Source of the DNA: Isoptericola halotolerans
GTDB taxonomy: Bacteria; Actinomycetota; Actinomycetes; Actinomycetales; Cellulomonadaceae
NCBI RefSeq assembly: GCF_013149785.1
Contig: NZ_JABEZU010000002.1
Coordinates: 372,001-436,000 of the forward strand
Direction of reading: 5' to 3'
DNA: 64,000 nt
Shown here: piece after piece, positions 9,363-18,650 of the stretch
How positions within the stretch are numbered: the stretch's first letter is position 1
How the letters are laid out: each line of letters opens with the position of its first letter
Program-made: the position numbers and the translations under genes
Notes under the pieces: model-generated
What the model was told of the DNA's origin: nothing
Seen by the model: only the letters and a program-made list of their open reading frames with translations
Databases searched by the model: none

Positions 9363-10196
9363 CTACGCGCCCGGGTACGCGCCGTCGTCGTCGGAGATCG
9401 CCGAACCTCGCCGCCGGAATCGGCGGAACCGCACAGGTCGACGGCCCACGGCGGTGCCCGCCTCGATCGCCGCGCGCTCGTTCTCGATCACGCGCGGGAA
9501 GTGCGGCGGCGGCGGCCCGAACGCGGTGCGCGACTGCGCGACCACGCCGTGACCGAGCGCCCGGCCGCCGGCGAACCCGACGACGGCACCCACCCCGAAG
9601 GGGATCATCCGGCCGAGCGCCAACGTGCCCTGCTTGGCGACCTGACGCTTGAGGAACCGGTGCGTGAGCACGTTGTTGACCCGCTTGATCGCCGTCTGCG
9701 GCATCGAGGTCAGCAGCACCTTGCCCCACGCGAGCTGGGAGCCCTCGGCAGCGCGCTGGACGTCGCGGGCACCGCCCTCGCCGAGCACGCTCGCCAGCAG
9801 CAGCGCGCGGCGTCGGCCGACGTCGTCGATGGCGACGCCGTGCACGTCCGCGACCGCCAGCGAGAACGCCGCCGACGTCGCGAAGAACGTCGCGATGTCA
9901 CTGGTGGTGAGGACGGCTGCGGCCGTTGTGCCGACCGCGGGGGCCGCGGCGGCCGCACCGACCGCGCCCCCGGTGGTCGAGACCACGGTGACGTACTCGC
10001 GCTCCAGGATGCGGATCACCCGGGCCGGGTCTGCCTCGGGGTTGCGGCGCCGGACCGAGTCGACGTGCTGGTGGATCGCGGCGGACGGGATCGTGACGGC
10101 CTTGTCGAGCAGGGAGTCCAGCAGGGGGGTGGGGCGGTAGCGGGTCCAGCTCTCGACCTCGCGTCCGCCTTCCGGGGTCGCGTCCGACGGGCTCAT
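9363..10196 (-). CDS. Conserved hypothetical protein (EcsC-like, Ala/Gly-rich)
   Basis: GGAVGAAAAAPAVGT and IPFGVGAVVG motifs. TAGAGT -10 element 7 nt before ATG 10196. Confidence 0.7.
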   Translation of the reverse strand: MSPSDATPEGGREVESWTRYRPTPLLDSLLDKAVTIPSAAIHQHVDSVRRRNPEADPARVIRILEREYVTVVSTTGGAVGAAAAAPAVGTTAAAVLTTSDIATFFATSAAFSLAVADVHGVAIDDVGRRRALLLASVLGEGGARDVQRAAEGSQLAWGKVLLTSMPQTAIKRVNNVLTHRFLKRQVAKQGTLALGRMIPFGVGAVVGFAGGRALGHGVVAQSRTAFGPPPPHFPRVIENERAAIEAGTAVGRRPVRFRRFRRRGSAISDDDGAYPGA

Positions 10197-10206
10197 TTCC
10201 GCGACT

Positions 10207-10695
10207 CTACCCGCGACGCCGTCTGCTCTCTCGGCCGAACCTCCACAGCGCGAGCCACAGCATCCCGCGCAGGAACACACCGACGACGAGCTCGTTCGGC
10301 CGGCGCGGCCACGGGCCGGCGAGCCGCACCTCCTCCCACCACACGACGCGCGACCTGCCCTCGTCCACGGGGACGACGTCGAGGCCGGCGAGCCCGACGA
10401 GCGCGGGACCCGCCTTGCGGACCACGCTGCGCCCCACGGTGCCGTGCGCCGTCGACGGTGGGTCGTGGTCCACCACCACCATCCGGTCGACGAACCCGGA
10501 AGTGCCCCGTCGCGCACCCGGCCCGCTGACCATCGTGAACTCCTCGCCCGGGCCGGGGGCCGCCGTCGGGCCCTCGTAGCGGGTCAGCGGGATCCAGCGC
10601 GGGTGGTGCCGGGGGTCGACCACCGTGGCGAACGCCGACTCGGCGTCGACCGGCACGAGCCGGGACACCTCGACGCGGCGCGCGCGACGCGTCAT
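10207..10695 (-). CDS. SRPBCC (START-like) family protein
   Basis: AFATVVDPRHHPRWIPLT...FVDRMVV...SRVVWWEEV pattern with a C-terminal helix. Confidence 0.7.
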   Translation of the reverse strand: MTRRARRVEVSRLVPVDAESAFATVVDPRHHPRWIPLTRYEGPTAAPGPGEEFTMVSGPGARRGTSGFVDRMVVVDHDPPSTAHGTVGRSVVRKAGPALVGLAGLDVVPVDEGRSRVVWWEEVRLAGPWPRRPNELVVGVFLRGMLWLALWRFGRESRRRRG

Positions 10696-10699
10696 GGCC

Positions 10700-11173
10700 T
10701 CAGGAGTCCGCGTGCGGGGAGAACTGTGCGGGCGGGACCTCGGCGCCGGCCTTGAGCGTCCGGCCGACGGTGCAAGCCCGGTCGATCGAGCGCTGGGCGA
10801 GCAGCAGCGTCTTCTCACGGGTCTTGTCGTCCAGGCTCGACAGGTCGATCTCGAACTTCTCGGTGAGGACCGGGTAGCGGTCGTCCGCCATGTCCTTGGG
10901 GTCCTCGACCCGGACCGTGACGCGGTAGTCGTCACCGAGCACCCGGGAGAACTTGGTGTCGCTGGCCATTCCGGCGCACGCGGCCAGGGCGATCTTCAGC
11001 AGCTCGCCCGGGGTGAAGACTGCCCCCTGGTCGGCCGGGCCGATCTCGACGCTGGCGCCCCGGGCGGTGTGACCGCGGTAGGTGCGGGTCCCGGTGCGCT
11101 CGACCCACAGCGGGTCGGTCGGGCTGGGGGTGACGGCGGCGGGGGTGTCGGTGTCGTTGGTCTGGTCGGTCAT
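10700..11173 (-). CDS. OsmC-family protein
   Basis: FTPGELLKIALAAC and a second Cys in RACTVGRTL. Confidence 0.85.
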   Translation of the reverse strand: MTDQTNDTDTPAAVTPSPTDPLWVERTGTRTYRGHTARGASVEIGPADQGAVFTPGELLKIALAACAGMASDTKFSRVLGDDYRVTVRVEDPKDMADDRYPVLTEKFEIDLSSLDDKTREKTLLLAQRSIDRACTVGRTLKAGAEVPPAQFSPHADS

Positions 11174-11261
11174 GCTCCCGATCTTCCCACCCCGGTGCCG
11201 CTGGGCGCGACGGCACCCGTCACACCGGGCGGGTGGGGGCGGACGGTGCTTGGATCGGAGG

Positions 11262-11552
11262 ATGAGTACTCGGGACAGGTCCGACTTCGGGTCGGGGAAG
11301 ATCCTGCCGGACGAGCTGCCCGGCGTCTCGCCCGACGACGCGTCGTCCGCCGACGGGACCGACGTGCACCCCGAGCGGGGCTGGGTGACCGGCCCCGACG
11401 TCGCCGGTGCCGAGGCGACCGGGCAGCCCACAGCGGTGCAGCACGGTGCTCACCTGCGCGCGGACGAGCCGGGGGCCACCCCGCAGGAGCCCCTCGACCC
11501 GCCGCACCCACCGAAGCACGCCCGGTCTGCCGACTCCGCGGAGCCGTCCTAG
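11262..11552 (+). CDS. Small acidic, probably disordered hypothetical protein
   Basis: 96-aa ORF with GC3-biased codons filling an otherwise empty gap; no recognisable motif. Confidence 0.5.
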   Translation: MSTRDRSDFGSGKILPDELPGVSPDDASSADGTDVHPERGWVTGPDVAGAEATGQPTAVQHGAHLRADEPGATPQEPLDPPHPPKHARSADSAEPS

Positions 11553-11571
11553 CGGTCGGTGCCGAGGCGGC

Positions 11572-11898
11572 TCAGTCGGCGAGGATGCGCGCCTTCTGCG
11601 CGTCGAACTCGGCAGGGCTGAGGACTCCCTGGTCACGGAGCGCGGCCAGTCGTCCGAGCTGTTCGATCCGAGCGTCCATGCTGGTCGGGCCAGGGGCCGG
11701 CGACGGCGGGACGGGGGGCGGGGCAGGAGGTGCCGGCGCGGACCAGGGGTCCGGGGCGGCGTACGCCGGGGCGGGTGGTCGCGCGCTCTCCTGCGCGGCC
11801 CAGCGCCCTGCCTGGCGGCGCGAGACGCGGTTCGAGACGGCGGTCGCCGTCCCGGCGACGACGGCGGTGCGAGCGACACCGCGGAGCAGTCCGGGCAC
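11572..11898 (-). CDS. SHOCT domain-containing protein
   Basis: N-terminal PGLLRGVARTAVVAGTATAVSNRV, Pro-rich linker and C-terminal SHOCT motif QLGRLAALRDQGVLSPAEFDAQKARIL. Confidence 0.88.
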   Translation of the reverse strand: MPGLLRGVARTAVVAGTATAVSNRVSRRQAGRWAAQESARPPAPAYAAPDPWSAPAPPAPPPVPPSPAPGPTSMDARIEQLGRLAALRDQGVLSPAEFDAQKARILAD

Positions 11899-11929
11899 GA
11901 GATTCTCCGTTTCTCCGAGCGAGCAGGTT

Positions 11930-12400
11930 TCAGGCGTCCGAGGCGTCCAGGGACGCGAGCAGGGCCTGGACGGGGATGCGTCCGTTCGCGACCAGCTGCG
12001 CACCGTTGCGCCGCAGCGCCAGGGCGAAGGGCGCGGCCCAGGTGTTCTCGTAGACGAGGATCACGGCGGTCCGGCCGGGTTCGACCGTCTGCGCGGCCTC
12101 GGCCAGGTCTTCGTCGTCGAGTAGCCCGGACCGGGCCCCGGCGAACACCTCCAGGCCCGTCGAACCGTCGTCGAGCTCCTCGAGGCCGACCGCGGTGACG
12201 GTGTCGTCGGGTTGCCGTCGGACGACCACGAGATCGAGGACCCGGACGATGCCCCGGTCCACCAGGTCCAGCAGGTGGGGGAAGGCGGCGTCGCCGGTGG
12301 CGCGGTCCGTGGGCAGCTCGATGATCAGGAAGTCGATGGGACCGGACTCCTCCAGGTCGCCGAGCCCGCCGTCGAGCGGGTCGCTGAGGTCTTGCGTCAT
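11930..12400 (-). CDS. DUF6325-family protein
   Basis: GPIDFLIIE, LVDRGIVRVLDL, SGLLDDEDL, LVYENTWA and GRIP. This family is usually adjacent to a SHOCT gene. Confidence 0.8.
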   Translation of the reverse strand: MTQDLSDPLDGGLGDLEESGPIDFLIIELPTDRATGDAAFPHLLDLVDRGIVRVLDLVVVRRQPDDTVTAVGLEELDDGSTGLEVFAGARSGLLDDEDLAEAAQTVEPGRTAVILVYENTWAAPFALALRRNGAQLVANGRIPVQALLASLDASDA

Positions 12401-12477
12401 CGTGACCGTCCTCCCGATGCACGCCCGCGCCGGTCGCGGGCCCCAGTCAAGGTTCGCTCCACCTGGCCACGGCGTCC

Positions 12478-12495
12478 TCACGCAGAATGGGTGAA
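12478..12495. promoter_or_regulatory. Putative LuxR/MalT-type operator, copy 1
   Basis: TCACGCAGAATGGGTGAA (TCAC-N9-GTGA) upstream of the DUF6325-SHOCT genes. Confidence 0.6.
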
Positions 12496-12511
12496 GTCCG
12501 GGCGGCGGCCG

Positions 12512-13444
12512 TCAACGGTCGCGCGCGCAGCGGAACCCGATGTGCGTCGTGGCGGTGTCCTCCGCCTGCGGTGAGCGGGCCGACGGACGGAAGCGGAGGC
12601 AGTAGTCCGGGGAGCACAGGTACGACCCGCCCTTGAGGACCCGCCGTGGGATGCGCGAACCCGGTTCGGCACCGACGCCCGCCAGCAGGGTGGGGCGCGC
12701 CCCGGCGTCGACCGGGGCCGTGCCGGGCGGGTGATGACGCTGTGTGTAGTAGTCGCTCGTCCACTCCCAGACGTTGCCGATCATGTCGGACAGGCCGAAC
12801 CCGTTGCCCGGGTAGGAACCCACGGGGGCGGTCGAGGCACCGAACGGCCCTTGGTTGTCGTAGGGGAACCGCCCGAGCCACGTGTTCGCCTGGACGACGC
12901 CGCCCGGGTGCTGCTCGTCTCCCCAGGCGAACGGGGCACGGTCGTCGCCACCGCCGCGGGCGGCGTACTCGTGCTCGGCCTCCGTGGGCAGCCGCTTGCC
13001 CGCCCAGCGCGCGTAGGCGGCCGCGTCCTCGAAGGACACCTGGACGACGGGGTGGTCCATCCGTGCCTCGACGGACGAGCCCGGCCCTTCGGGGTGGCGC
13101 CACTGCGCACCGGGCTGCCAGCGCCACCACCGGCTCCAGTCCCGCAGGTCGACGGGCCCCTGGGTCGCCGTGAACACCAGAGCGCCCGGTGCCCGCTGCC
13201 AGGGAGCGGCGTCCGGGTAGTCGGACTCCTCGAGCGGCCGCTCGGCGACCGTCACGTGACCGGTGTCCGCGACGAAGCGTGCGAAGTCCTCGTTCGTGAC
13301 CACGTGACGGTCGAGCAGGAACGGCTCGACGACCCGGCGGTGGACGGGCCGCTCGTCAGGGTAGAAGTCGTCGCTGCCCATCATGAACGTCCCACCAGGG
13401 ACGAACGTCATCGTCCCGTCGGGCGCGGAAGCAGCCGAGGTCAC
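12512..13444 (-). CDS. Formylglycine-generating enzyme (sulfatase-modifying factor)
   Basis: FMMGSD..YPDE, RLPTEAE, DMIGNVWEW and KGGSYLCSPDYCLRFRPSAR with both catalytic Cys. GTG start overlaps the sulfatase stop codon. Confidence 0.93.
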   Translation of the reverse strand: MTSAASAPDGTMTFVPGGTFMMGSDDFYPDERPVHRRVVEPFLLDRHVVTNEDFARFVADTGHVTVAERPLEESDYPDAAPWQRAPGALVFTATQGPVDLRDWSRWWRWQPGAQWRHPEGPGSSVEARMDHPVVQVSFEDAAAYARWAGKRLPTEAEHEYAARGGGDDRAPFAWGDEQHPGGVVQANTWLGRFPYDNQGPFGASTAPVGSYPGNGFGLSDMIGNVWEWTSDYYTQRHHPPGTAPVDAGARPTLLAGVGAEPGSRIPRRVLKGGSYLCSPDYCLRFRPSARSPQAEDTATTHIGFRCARDR

Positions 13445-15801
13445 GGTGCCGATGCGGGGCGAAGGTACTCCACGTGCACGGTGCCGATGCGTCCTTCCAG
13501 CGCGAAGGGCAGGCGGTCCGCGTAGGTCCGCGAGACCGCACCTCCGTAGGCGCGCCCGATGTCGAGGCAGTCGTTCGCGGAGAAGAGCAGGGGTGCACTG
13601 ACCGGGACGGTGCCTGATCCGACCTCGGCACCGTCGACGCGCAGCGACACCTGCAGGGGTCCGGCGGGACGGGGATCGCCGGCGAACCGCGTCTCGATCT
13701 CGACCTCGTGGCTCCCGGCGGGCACGGGGCCGTCCGAACGGACGACCGTCCGCTGCACGAGGAAGAGGTTGTACTCGTACACGAGGACGCCGTCCAGCAG
13801 GAAGCACGTGAGCCCGCCACCCGCACCGCCCAGCTTGTACAGCACCCCGTCCGCCCCGTCGCCGACGGTGACGTCCATGGTCACGACGTTCGGCCGGTTG
13901 CCCAGGGCCGGGGCGCAGAACTCGGGGATCCGGACGGTGTCCCCGGACAGGGTCCACTGCGAGTAGGGCGGCGTGATGCGGTACTCCGGGTGCATCACGG
14001 GCACCCAGAGCCCAGCGCCGACCGGCAGGACGTCGTTGCGAGCGGCCTCGATCGCGAAGGTCTCCTTGAGCTCGGCCAGCCTCTCGGGGTACTCGTCGGT
14101 GAGGTCTCGGGCCTGGCTCCAGTCGGAGTCCAGGTGGTAGAGTTCCCACCGGTCCTGGTCCGGCGTCCAGGTCTTGATGCCCGGCGGCAGGCCGGGCACC
14201 CACGGCAGGCGCGGGCCGGTCGCGCTGGCCATCCACCCGTCGGCGTAGATCGAGCGGCTCGCCATGACCTCGAAGTACTGCGTGCGGTGCCGCTCCTCGG
14301 CCTGGGCGTCGTCGAACGAGTAGGCGAGGCTCGTCCCGTCGATCGGGTCCTGCGGGACGCCGCCGACCGTCTCCGGGGCGGTGATGCCGAGGATCTCGTA
14401 GATGGTGGGGACCACGTCGTTGACGTGGCTGAACTGTGTGCGGGGCTGCGGGTCCGGCTCGAGACGCGCCGGCCAGCTGACGAACAGCGGGTTGCGGGTG
14501 CCCCCGAGATGGGAGGCCATCAGCTTCATGCCCTGGTACGGGGACGAACCCGCCCAGGCCCAGCCCGCGTGGTACATGTTGTCGGTCGCGGGGGTCCCGA
14601 GCGCGTCCAGCCCGCCGAGGTCGTCGAGGGCCTCGATGTGCTGGTCGACCGTCGTCGGGATCCCGTTCTGGGCGAGGAGCTCGCTGATGGTGCCGTTCTG
14701 CCCCTCACCCGAGGATCCGTTGTCACCCCAGATGTAGAACACCAGCGTGTTCTCGAGGTGACCCAGGCGCTCGATCTCGTCGATGACGCGGCCTGCCTGC
14801 ACGTCGGCGTGCTCGCCGAACCCTGCGGCCACCTCCATGAGCCGCCGCTGGAACGGCTTCTGATGCTCCGGGATGTCGTCCCACGCGTCGAGCTGCTCCG
14901 GTCGTGGTGTGAGCTCGGCGTCCTCGGGAACCCAGCCGGCAGCCTTGGCGCCCCTGAACGAGCGTTCCCGGTAGGCGTCCCACCCGTCGTCGAACGCACC
15001 GGCGTACCTGTCGGCCCACTCCTTCATGATGTGGTGCGGGCCGTGCAGCGCGCCGGTGGCCCAGTACATGAAGAACGGCTTGTCGGGTGCGTTCGCCGTG
15101 TGGTCCCGGAGCCATCTCGTCGCGTCGTCCGCGATGTCCTCGCTGAGGTGGTACCCCTCCTCCGGAGTCTTCGGCGGGAGGACCGTGGTGGTGTTGCGCA
15201 CCATGTTCGGCTCGTACTGGGAGGCTTCTCCGGCGAGGAAGCCGTAGAAGTACTCGAAGCCGTACCCGGTGGGCCATCGGTCGAACGGGCCGGCCGCCGT
15301 CGTCTCCTCGGCCGGCGTGTTGTGCCACTTGCCCCAGGCGCCCGTCGAGTACCCGTACTGGCGCAGCACCTCGGCGACGGTGGCGCTGCTCGCAGGGATG
15401 CGACCGGAGTACCCGTCCCAGTCGTTCGCCAGCTCGGCGATCTGCCCGTTGCCGACCCGGTGCTGGTTGCGTCCGGTCAGGAGCGATGCGCGCGTGGGCG
15501 AGCACATCGCCGTCGTGTGGAAGCGGTTGTAGCCGACGCCGTTCGCCCTGACGCGGTCGAGCGTCGGTGTCCGCACGGCGCCACCCAGCGTCGTCGGGAG
15601 CGCGGGCCCCGCGTCGTCGATGAGGATCACGAGGATGTTGGGCGCTCCGGGAGGGAGCCGGCGCTCGGGCGGGAGCGGCGAGTACGTCGACTCGCCGAGC
15701 GTCCGGCCTGCGACGCTGCCCGACCGGCGCGCAGGGAAGGGCAGCGACCGTTCGACCGGCAGCGGGCTGCCGACGACCGTGCGGCGAGGATCGTCACTCA
15801 T
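13441..15801 (-). CDS. Arylsulfatase (Cys-type, cytoplasmic)
   Basis: PNILVILIDD, CSPTRASLLTG sulfatase signature, GKWH and GDNG. No signal peptide. Confidence 0.93.
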   Translation of the reverse strand: MSDDPRRTVVGSPLPVERSLPFPARRSGSVAGRTLGESTYSPLPPERRLPPGAPNILVILIDDAGPALPTTLGGAVRTPTLDRVRANGVGYNRFHTTAMCSPTRASLLTGRNQHRVGNGQIAELANDWDGYSGRIPASSATVAEVLRQYGYSTGAWGKWHNTPAEETTAAGPFDRWPTGYGFEYFYGFLAGEASQYEPNMVRNTTTVLPPKTPEEGYHLSEDIADDATRWLRDHTANAPDKPFFMYWATGALHGPHHIMKEWADRYAGAFDDGWDAYRERSFRGAKAAGWVPEDAELTPRPEQLDAWDDIPEHQKPFQRRLMEVAAGFGEHADVQAGRVIDEIERLGHLENTLVFYIWGDNGSSGEGQNGTISELLAQNGIPTTVDQHIEALDDLGGLDALGTPATDNMYHAGWAWAGSSPYQGMKLMASHLGGTRNPLFVSWPARLEPDPQPRTQFSHVNDVVPTIYEILGITAPETVGGVPQDPIDGTSLAYSFDDAQAEERHRTQYFEVMASRSIYADGWMASATGPRLPWVPGLPPGIKTWTPDQDRWELYHLDSDWSQARDLTDEYPERLAELKETFAIEAARNDVLPVGAGLWVPVMHPEYRITPPYSQWTLSGDTVRIPEFCAPALGNRPNVVTMDVTVGDGADGVLYKLGGAGGGLTCFLLDGVLVYEYNLFLVQRTVVRSDGPVPAGSHEVEIETRFAGDPRPAGPLQVSLRVDGAEVGSGTVPVSAPLLFSANDCLDIGRAYGGAVSRTYADRLPFALEGRIGTVHVEYLRPASAP

Positions 15802-15910
15802 CAGCGCTCTCCTGTCTGCTCCACGTCCAGGACGGCGTGGCGGCGTGGTCCCCGGGCGGGTGCCCACGTACCAGCACCGTCACCGTAGGTCGGTGGGCTC
15901 GGGGGGAGCA

Positions 15911-15928
15911 TCACGCAGATCGCACGAA
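15911..15928. promoter_or_regulatory. Putative LuxR/MalT-type operator, copy 2
   Basis: TCACGCAGATCGCACGAA upstream of the sulfatase; a minus-strand TACGGT -10 element lies 23 nt further on. Confidence 0.55.
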
Positions 15929-15953
15929 CGCGGCGAGTGGTGCCGCCGAGTGC

Positions 15954-18188
15954 TCAGCCTCCGAGCAGTCCGATGTCGGTCGCCCGCTCCACGGCGGCGC
16001 CACGGGTCGTCACGCCGAGCTTGCGGTAGATCGACCCGACCTGGGTGCTCACCGTGTTGCGCGAGACGAACAGCCGGCTGCCGATCTCGGCCATCGTCAG
16101 GTGCGTCTGGAGATAGGGGAGCAGCCGGTGCTCGGCCGGGGTGAGCGGTGGTGCGCCGGGTGATGCGGCGAGGCGTTCGAGACGTGTCCGGAACCCGGTG
16201 ACCTCCTGCGCCAGCAGGCCGACCCGAGGACGACGGCGCAGGAGCTCGGCAGCCTCGGCCGCGAGGTGCATGGCGGTCGTCCGGTCTCCGAGCGTCATGT
16301 ACGCGTAGCCGAGCTGGAGCCGTACGCGCATCGCCAGGAACGGCAGGACGTGGGTGCACTGGACGCGAGCACGCATCGCTCGTGCCAGCAGTCTCTCGGC
16401 GACCGTGACCTCGCCACGGTGCAGCGCGACCCGGCCGCTCGCCGCCTGGGCGAGAGCCGTCGTGGAGTAGCCCTCCATGTGGTGCTCGTCGATCGTGCGC
16501 ACCGCGGCCCGTGCGTGCTCGTCGGCGTCCGCCCAGCTCCCCTCGTCGATGGCGAGGACGGCGAGCTCCCCCTCGCTCAGGATGATCGAGTCAGGGTTTC
16601 CGGCGGTCGCGCCCTGGTCCGCGGCCGCGAGGAACGCCTCCCGCGCCGCGTCGACGTCTCCGCTCAGGAGGTGGACCGACCCGAGCAGGTGGAGCGCCTG
16701 GTCACGCCACGGGCTCCAGGCGGGCTCGTGCTCGACGGCGAAGCGCGCGCAGGCGAGCGCCTCCTCCGGGCCGTCCACACACATGGCCGCCCGGATCTGG
16801 CAGCGTGCCGACTCGAGCGCCGTGCTCTCGTCCGCCGGCAGGCCGGTCGCGTCGAAGCGTTCGAGCATCGCGGCCCAGCGCTCCGCGGCGGGCGACTCCC
16901 CCAGGAGGAGGGCCTTCCACGCGGCCACGACGGTGAGCTGGGGGAACGCCTCGACGGTGCGCTCGCCCAGCTCCTCGAGCCAGCGCGAGACGACGGCCAC
17001 CTGACCCTCCTGGTAGGTGGGCAGCGCCAGCTCGGCCACGAGCAGGGCAGCATCCTCGACGTCGCCGGCTGCCAGCAGGTGCTCCACGGCCCGGGCCTCG
17101 AGCCGGTGGGCCGTGAACCAGGCGGCCGCCCGTCGGTGCAGCGTGGCGACGACGCCGTGCTCCGTGCGGTCCAGCTCTGAGAGCAGGTACTCGCGGAACA
17201 GGGAGTGGTAGCGGAACCAGCCGCGCCGGTGGTCGAGCGGTACCAGGAACAGGTTGGCGTCCTCAAGCTCACGCAGCCGTGCCGCCGAGTCCGCCGTGTC
17301 GAGGACCGCGTCGCACGCCTCTGCCGAGAGCTGGTCCAGGACGGCGGTGCGCCTCAGGAACCGCTGCGTCTGCGGGGACAACCTGACCATGCACTCCCGG
17401 TACAGGTAGTCGGCGACGAACCTGTCGTCCCCCGCCAGCGCCGACGCCTCCTCCCCGGCACGCACGAGCAGCGCGCAGAGGAAGTCGCCCGTCGGCCAGC
17501 CCTCGCACCGCCGCACCACCGTCTCGATGCCGTGGTCGGCCTCGACGCCCGCGGCCCGGTAGATCGCCCGCGCACCCTCGTCGTCCACCCGCAGGTCGGC
17601 CGGGCCGATCTCGAGAAGGTCGCCCTCGACGCGCCGTCGTGCGAGATGCCCCAGCGTGTGCCGGCCGGCGACGACGACCTGCGAACCTTCCGGGACGCCG
17701 CGGAGCACGATCTCCAGCGCGTCCTGGCAGCCCAGCGAGTCCGCCTCGTGCAGGTCGTCGACAAAGAGCACGAAGGGCGTGCGTGCCCGCGCCAGCGCCG
17801 AGGCCAGCAAGGAGGCGGAGCGCCCGAGCATCATCGGCCCGGTCCCGCGCATCTCGGCAGCCACGGCCGCGACGTCGGGTGAGACGCGCTCGCACGCGAG
17901 GGCGAGGAGGGTGAGCAGGCCCGCGGGGTCGTCGTCCAGCCTGTCGACAGCCGCCCATGCCACCACGCGGTCCTCGAGGCCGGCCCACTCCGCGAGCATC
18001 GTCGACTTGCCGTACCCCGGCGGTGCGGTGACGCCGACGATGCGGGCCCCGGAGTCGCGGGCGCTCTCGACGAGCGCACGCCGGGACACCGCGGCGCGGC
18101 GCGGTGCGGGCGGCACGACCTTCGCCGCGAGCAACGCGGAGCTCAGGTCGGGTCGTGCGGTGACCGTCTGGCGGCTCCCGTCGGGCAC
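15954..18188 (-). CDS. MalT-like STAND ATPase/TPR/LuxR-HTH transcriptional regulator
   Basis: APPGYGKST Walker A, LFVDDLH, CEGWP, WFRYHSLF and a C-terminal HTH (MAEIGSRLFVSRNTVSTQVGSIYRKLGV). TAGGCT 7 nt before GTG 18188 suggests a leaderless start. Confidence 0.92.
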   Translation of the reverse strand: MPDGSRQTVTARPDLSSALLAAKVVPPAPRRAAVSRRALVESARDSGARIVGVTAPPGYGKSTMLAEWAGLEDRVVAWAAVDRLDDDPAGLLTLLALACERVSPDVAAVAAEMRGTGPMMLGRSASLLASALARARTPFVLFVDDLHEADSLGCQDALEIVLRGVPEGSQVVVAGRHTLGHLARRRVEGDLLEIGPADLRVDDEGARAIYRAAGVEADHGIETVVRRCEGWPTGDFLCALLVRAGEEASALAGDDRFVADYLYRECMVRLSPQTQRFLRRTAVLDQLSAEACDAVLDTADSAARLRELEDANLFLVPLDHRRGWFRYHSLFREYLLSELDRTEHGVVATLHRRAAAWFTAHRLEARAVEHLLAAGDVEDAALLVAELALPTYQEGQVAVVSRWLEELGERTVEAFPQLTVVAAWKALLLGESPAAERWAAMLERFDATGLPADESTALESARCQIRAAMCVDGPEEALACARFAVEHEPAWSPWRDQALHLLGSVHLLSGDVDAAREAFLAAADQGATAGNPDSIILSEGELAVLAIDEGSWADADEHARAAVRTIDEHHMEGYSTTALAQAASGRVALHRGEVTVAERLLARAMRARVQCTHVLPFLAMRVRLQLGYAYMTLGDRTTAMHLAAEAAELLRRRPRVGLLAQEVTGFRTRLERLAASPGAPPLTPAEHRLLPYLQTHLTMAEIGSRLFVSRNTVSTQVGSIYRKLGVTTRGAAVERATDIGLLGG

Positions 18189-18239
18189 GTCTCGCAGCCT
18201 AGGAGCGACTCCCGGTCTCCTCAACAGCAACGCACTTTC

Positions 18240-18650
18240 TCACCCGGGAGGGCTCGTCCCGTCGCGCCGGTCGATCCTCCCGCCGGCTCGCGGCGCGTCG
18301 TCGTCCCAGCCCTCGATCGGCTCGAGGCCGAGAGCGAGCGCGACGCCTGGCGCCGCGGCCACGATGGTCGGCAGCCCGACGATCGGCACGACGGCGCTCA
18401 GGACGTCCACGATCTCCTCGGCGGTCACGCCCGCCGCGAGCGCAGCGTCGATCTCTGCCCCGTAGCTGGGCTCGTGACCAGCGCCTGCCACGAGTGCGGC
18501 GATCCTGACGAGGGCGAGGTCGTGCGGTGTGAGCACCACCGGATCGACGCCGCGTCCGTCGTCGAGGCGCGCATCGTTGATCGTCAGCCGCCGCAGCTGC
18601 TCGGCGTGGTCCACGGCGCCGGTCGGCTCCGGCGCGGGTGCCGGGTTCAT
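18240..18650 (-). CDS. Carboxymuconolactone decarboxylase/AhpD-like protein (no CxxC)
   Basis: LVRIAALVA...ALAAGVTAEEIVDVL..V.PIVG pattern. Confidence 0.8.
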   Translation of the reverse strand: MNPAPAPEPTGAVDHAEQLRRLTINDARLDDGRGVDPVVLTPHDLALVRIAALVAGAGHEPSYGAEIDAALAAGVTAEEIVDVLSAVVPIVGLPTIVAAAPGVALALGLEPIEGWDDDAPRAGGRIDRRDGTSPPG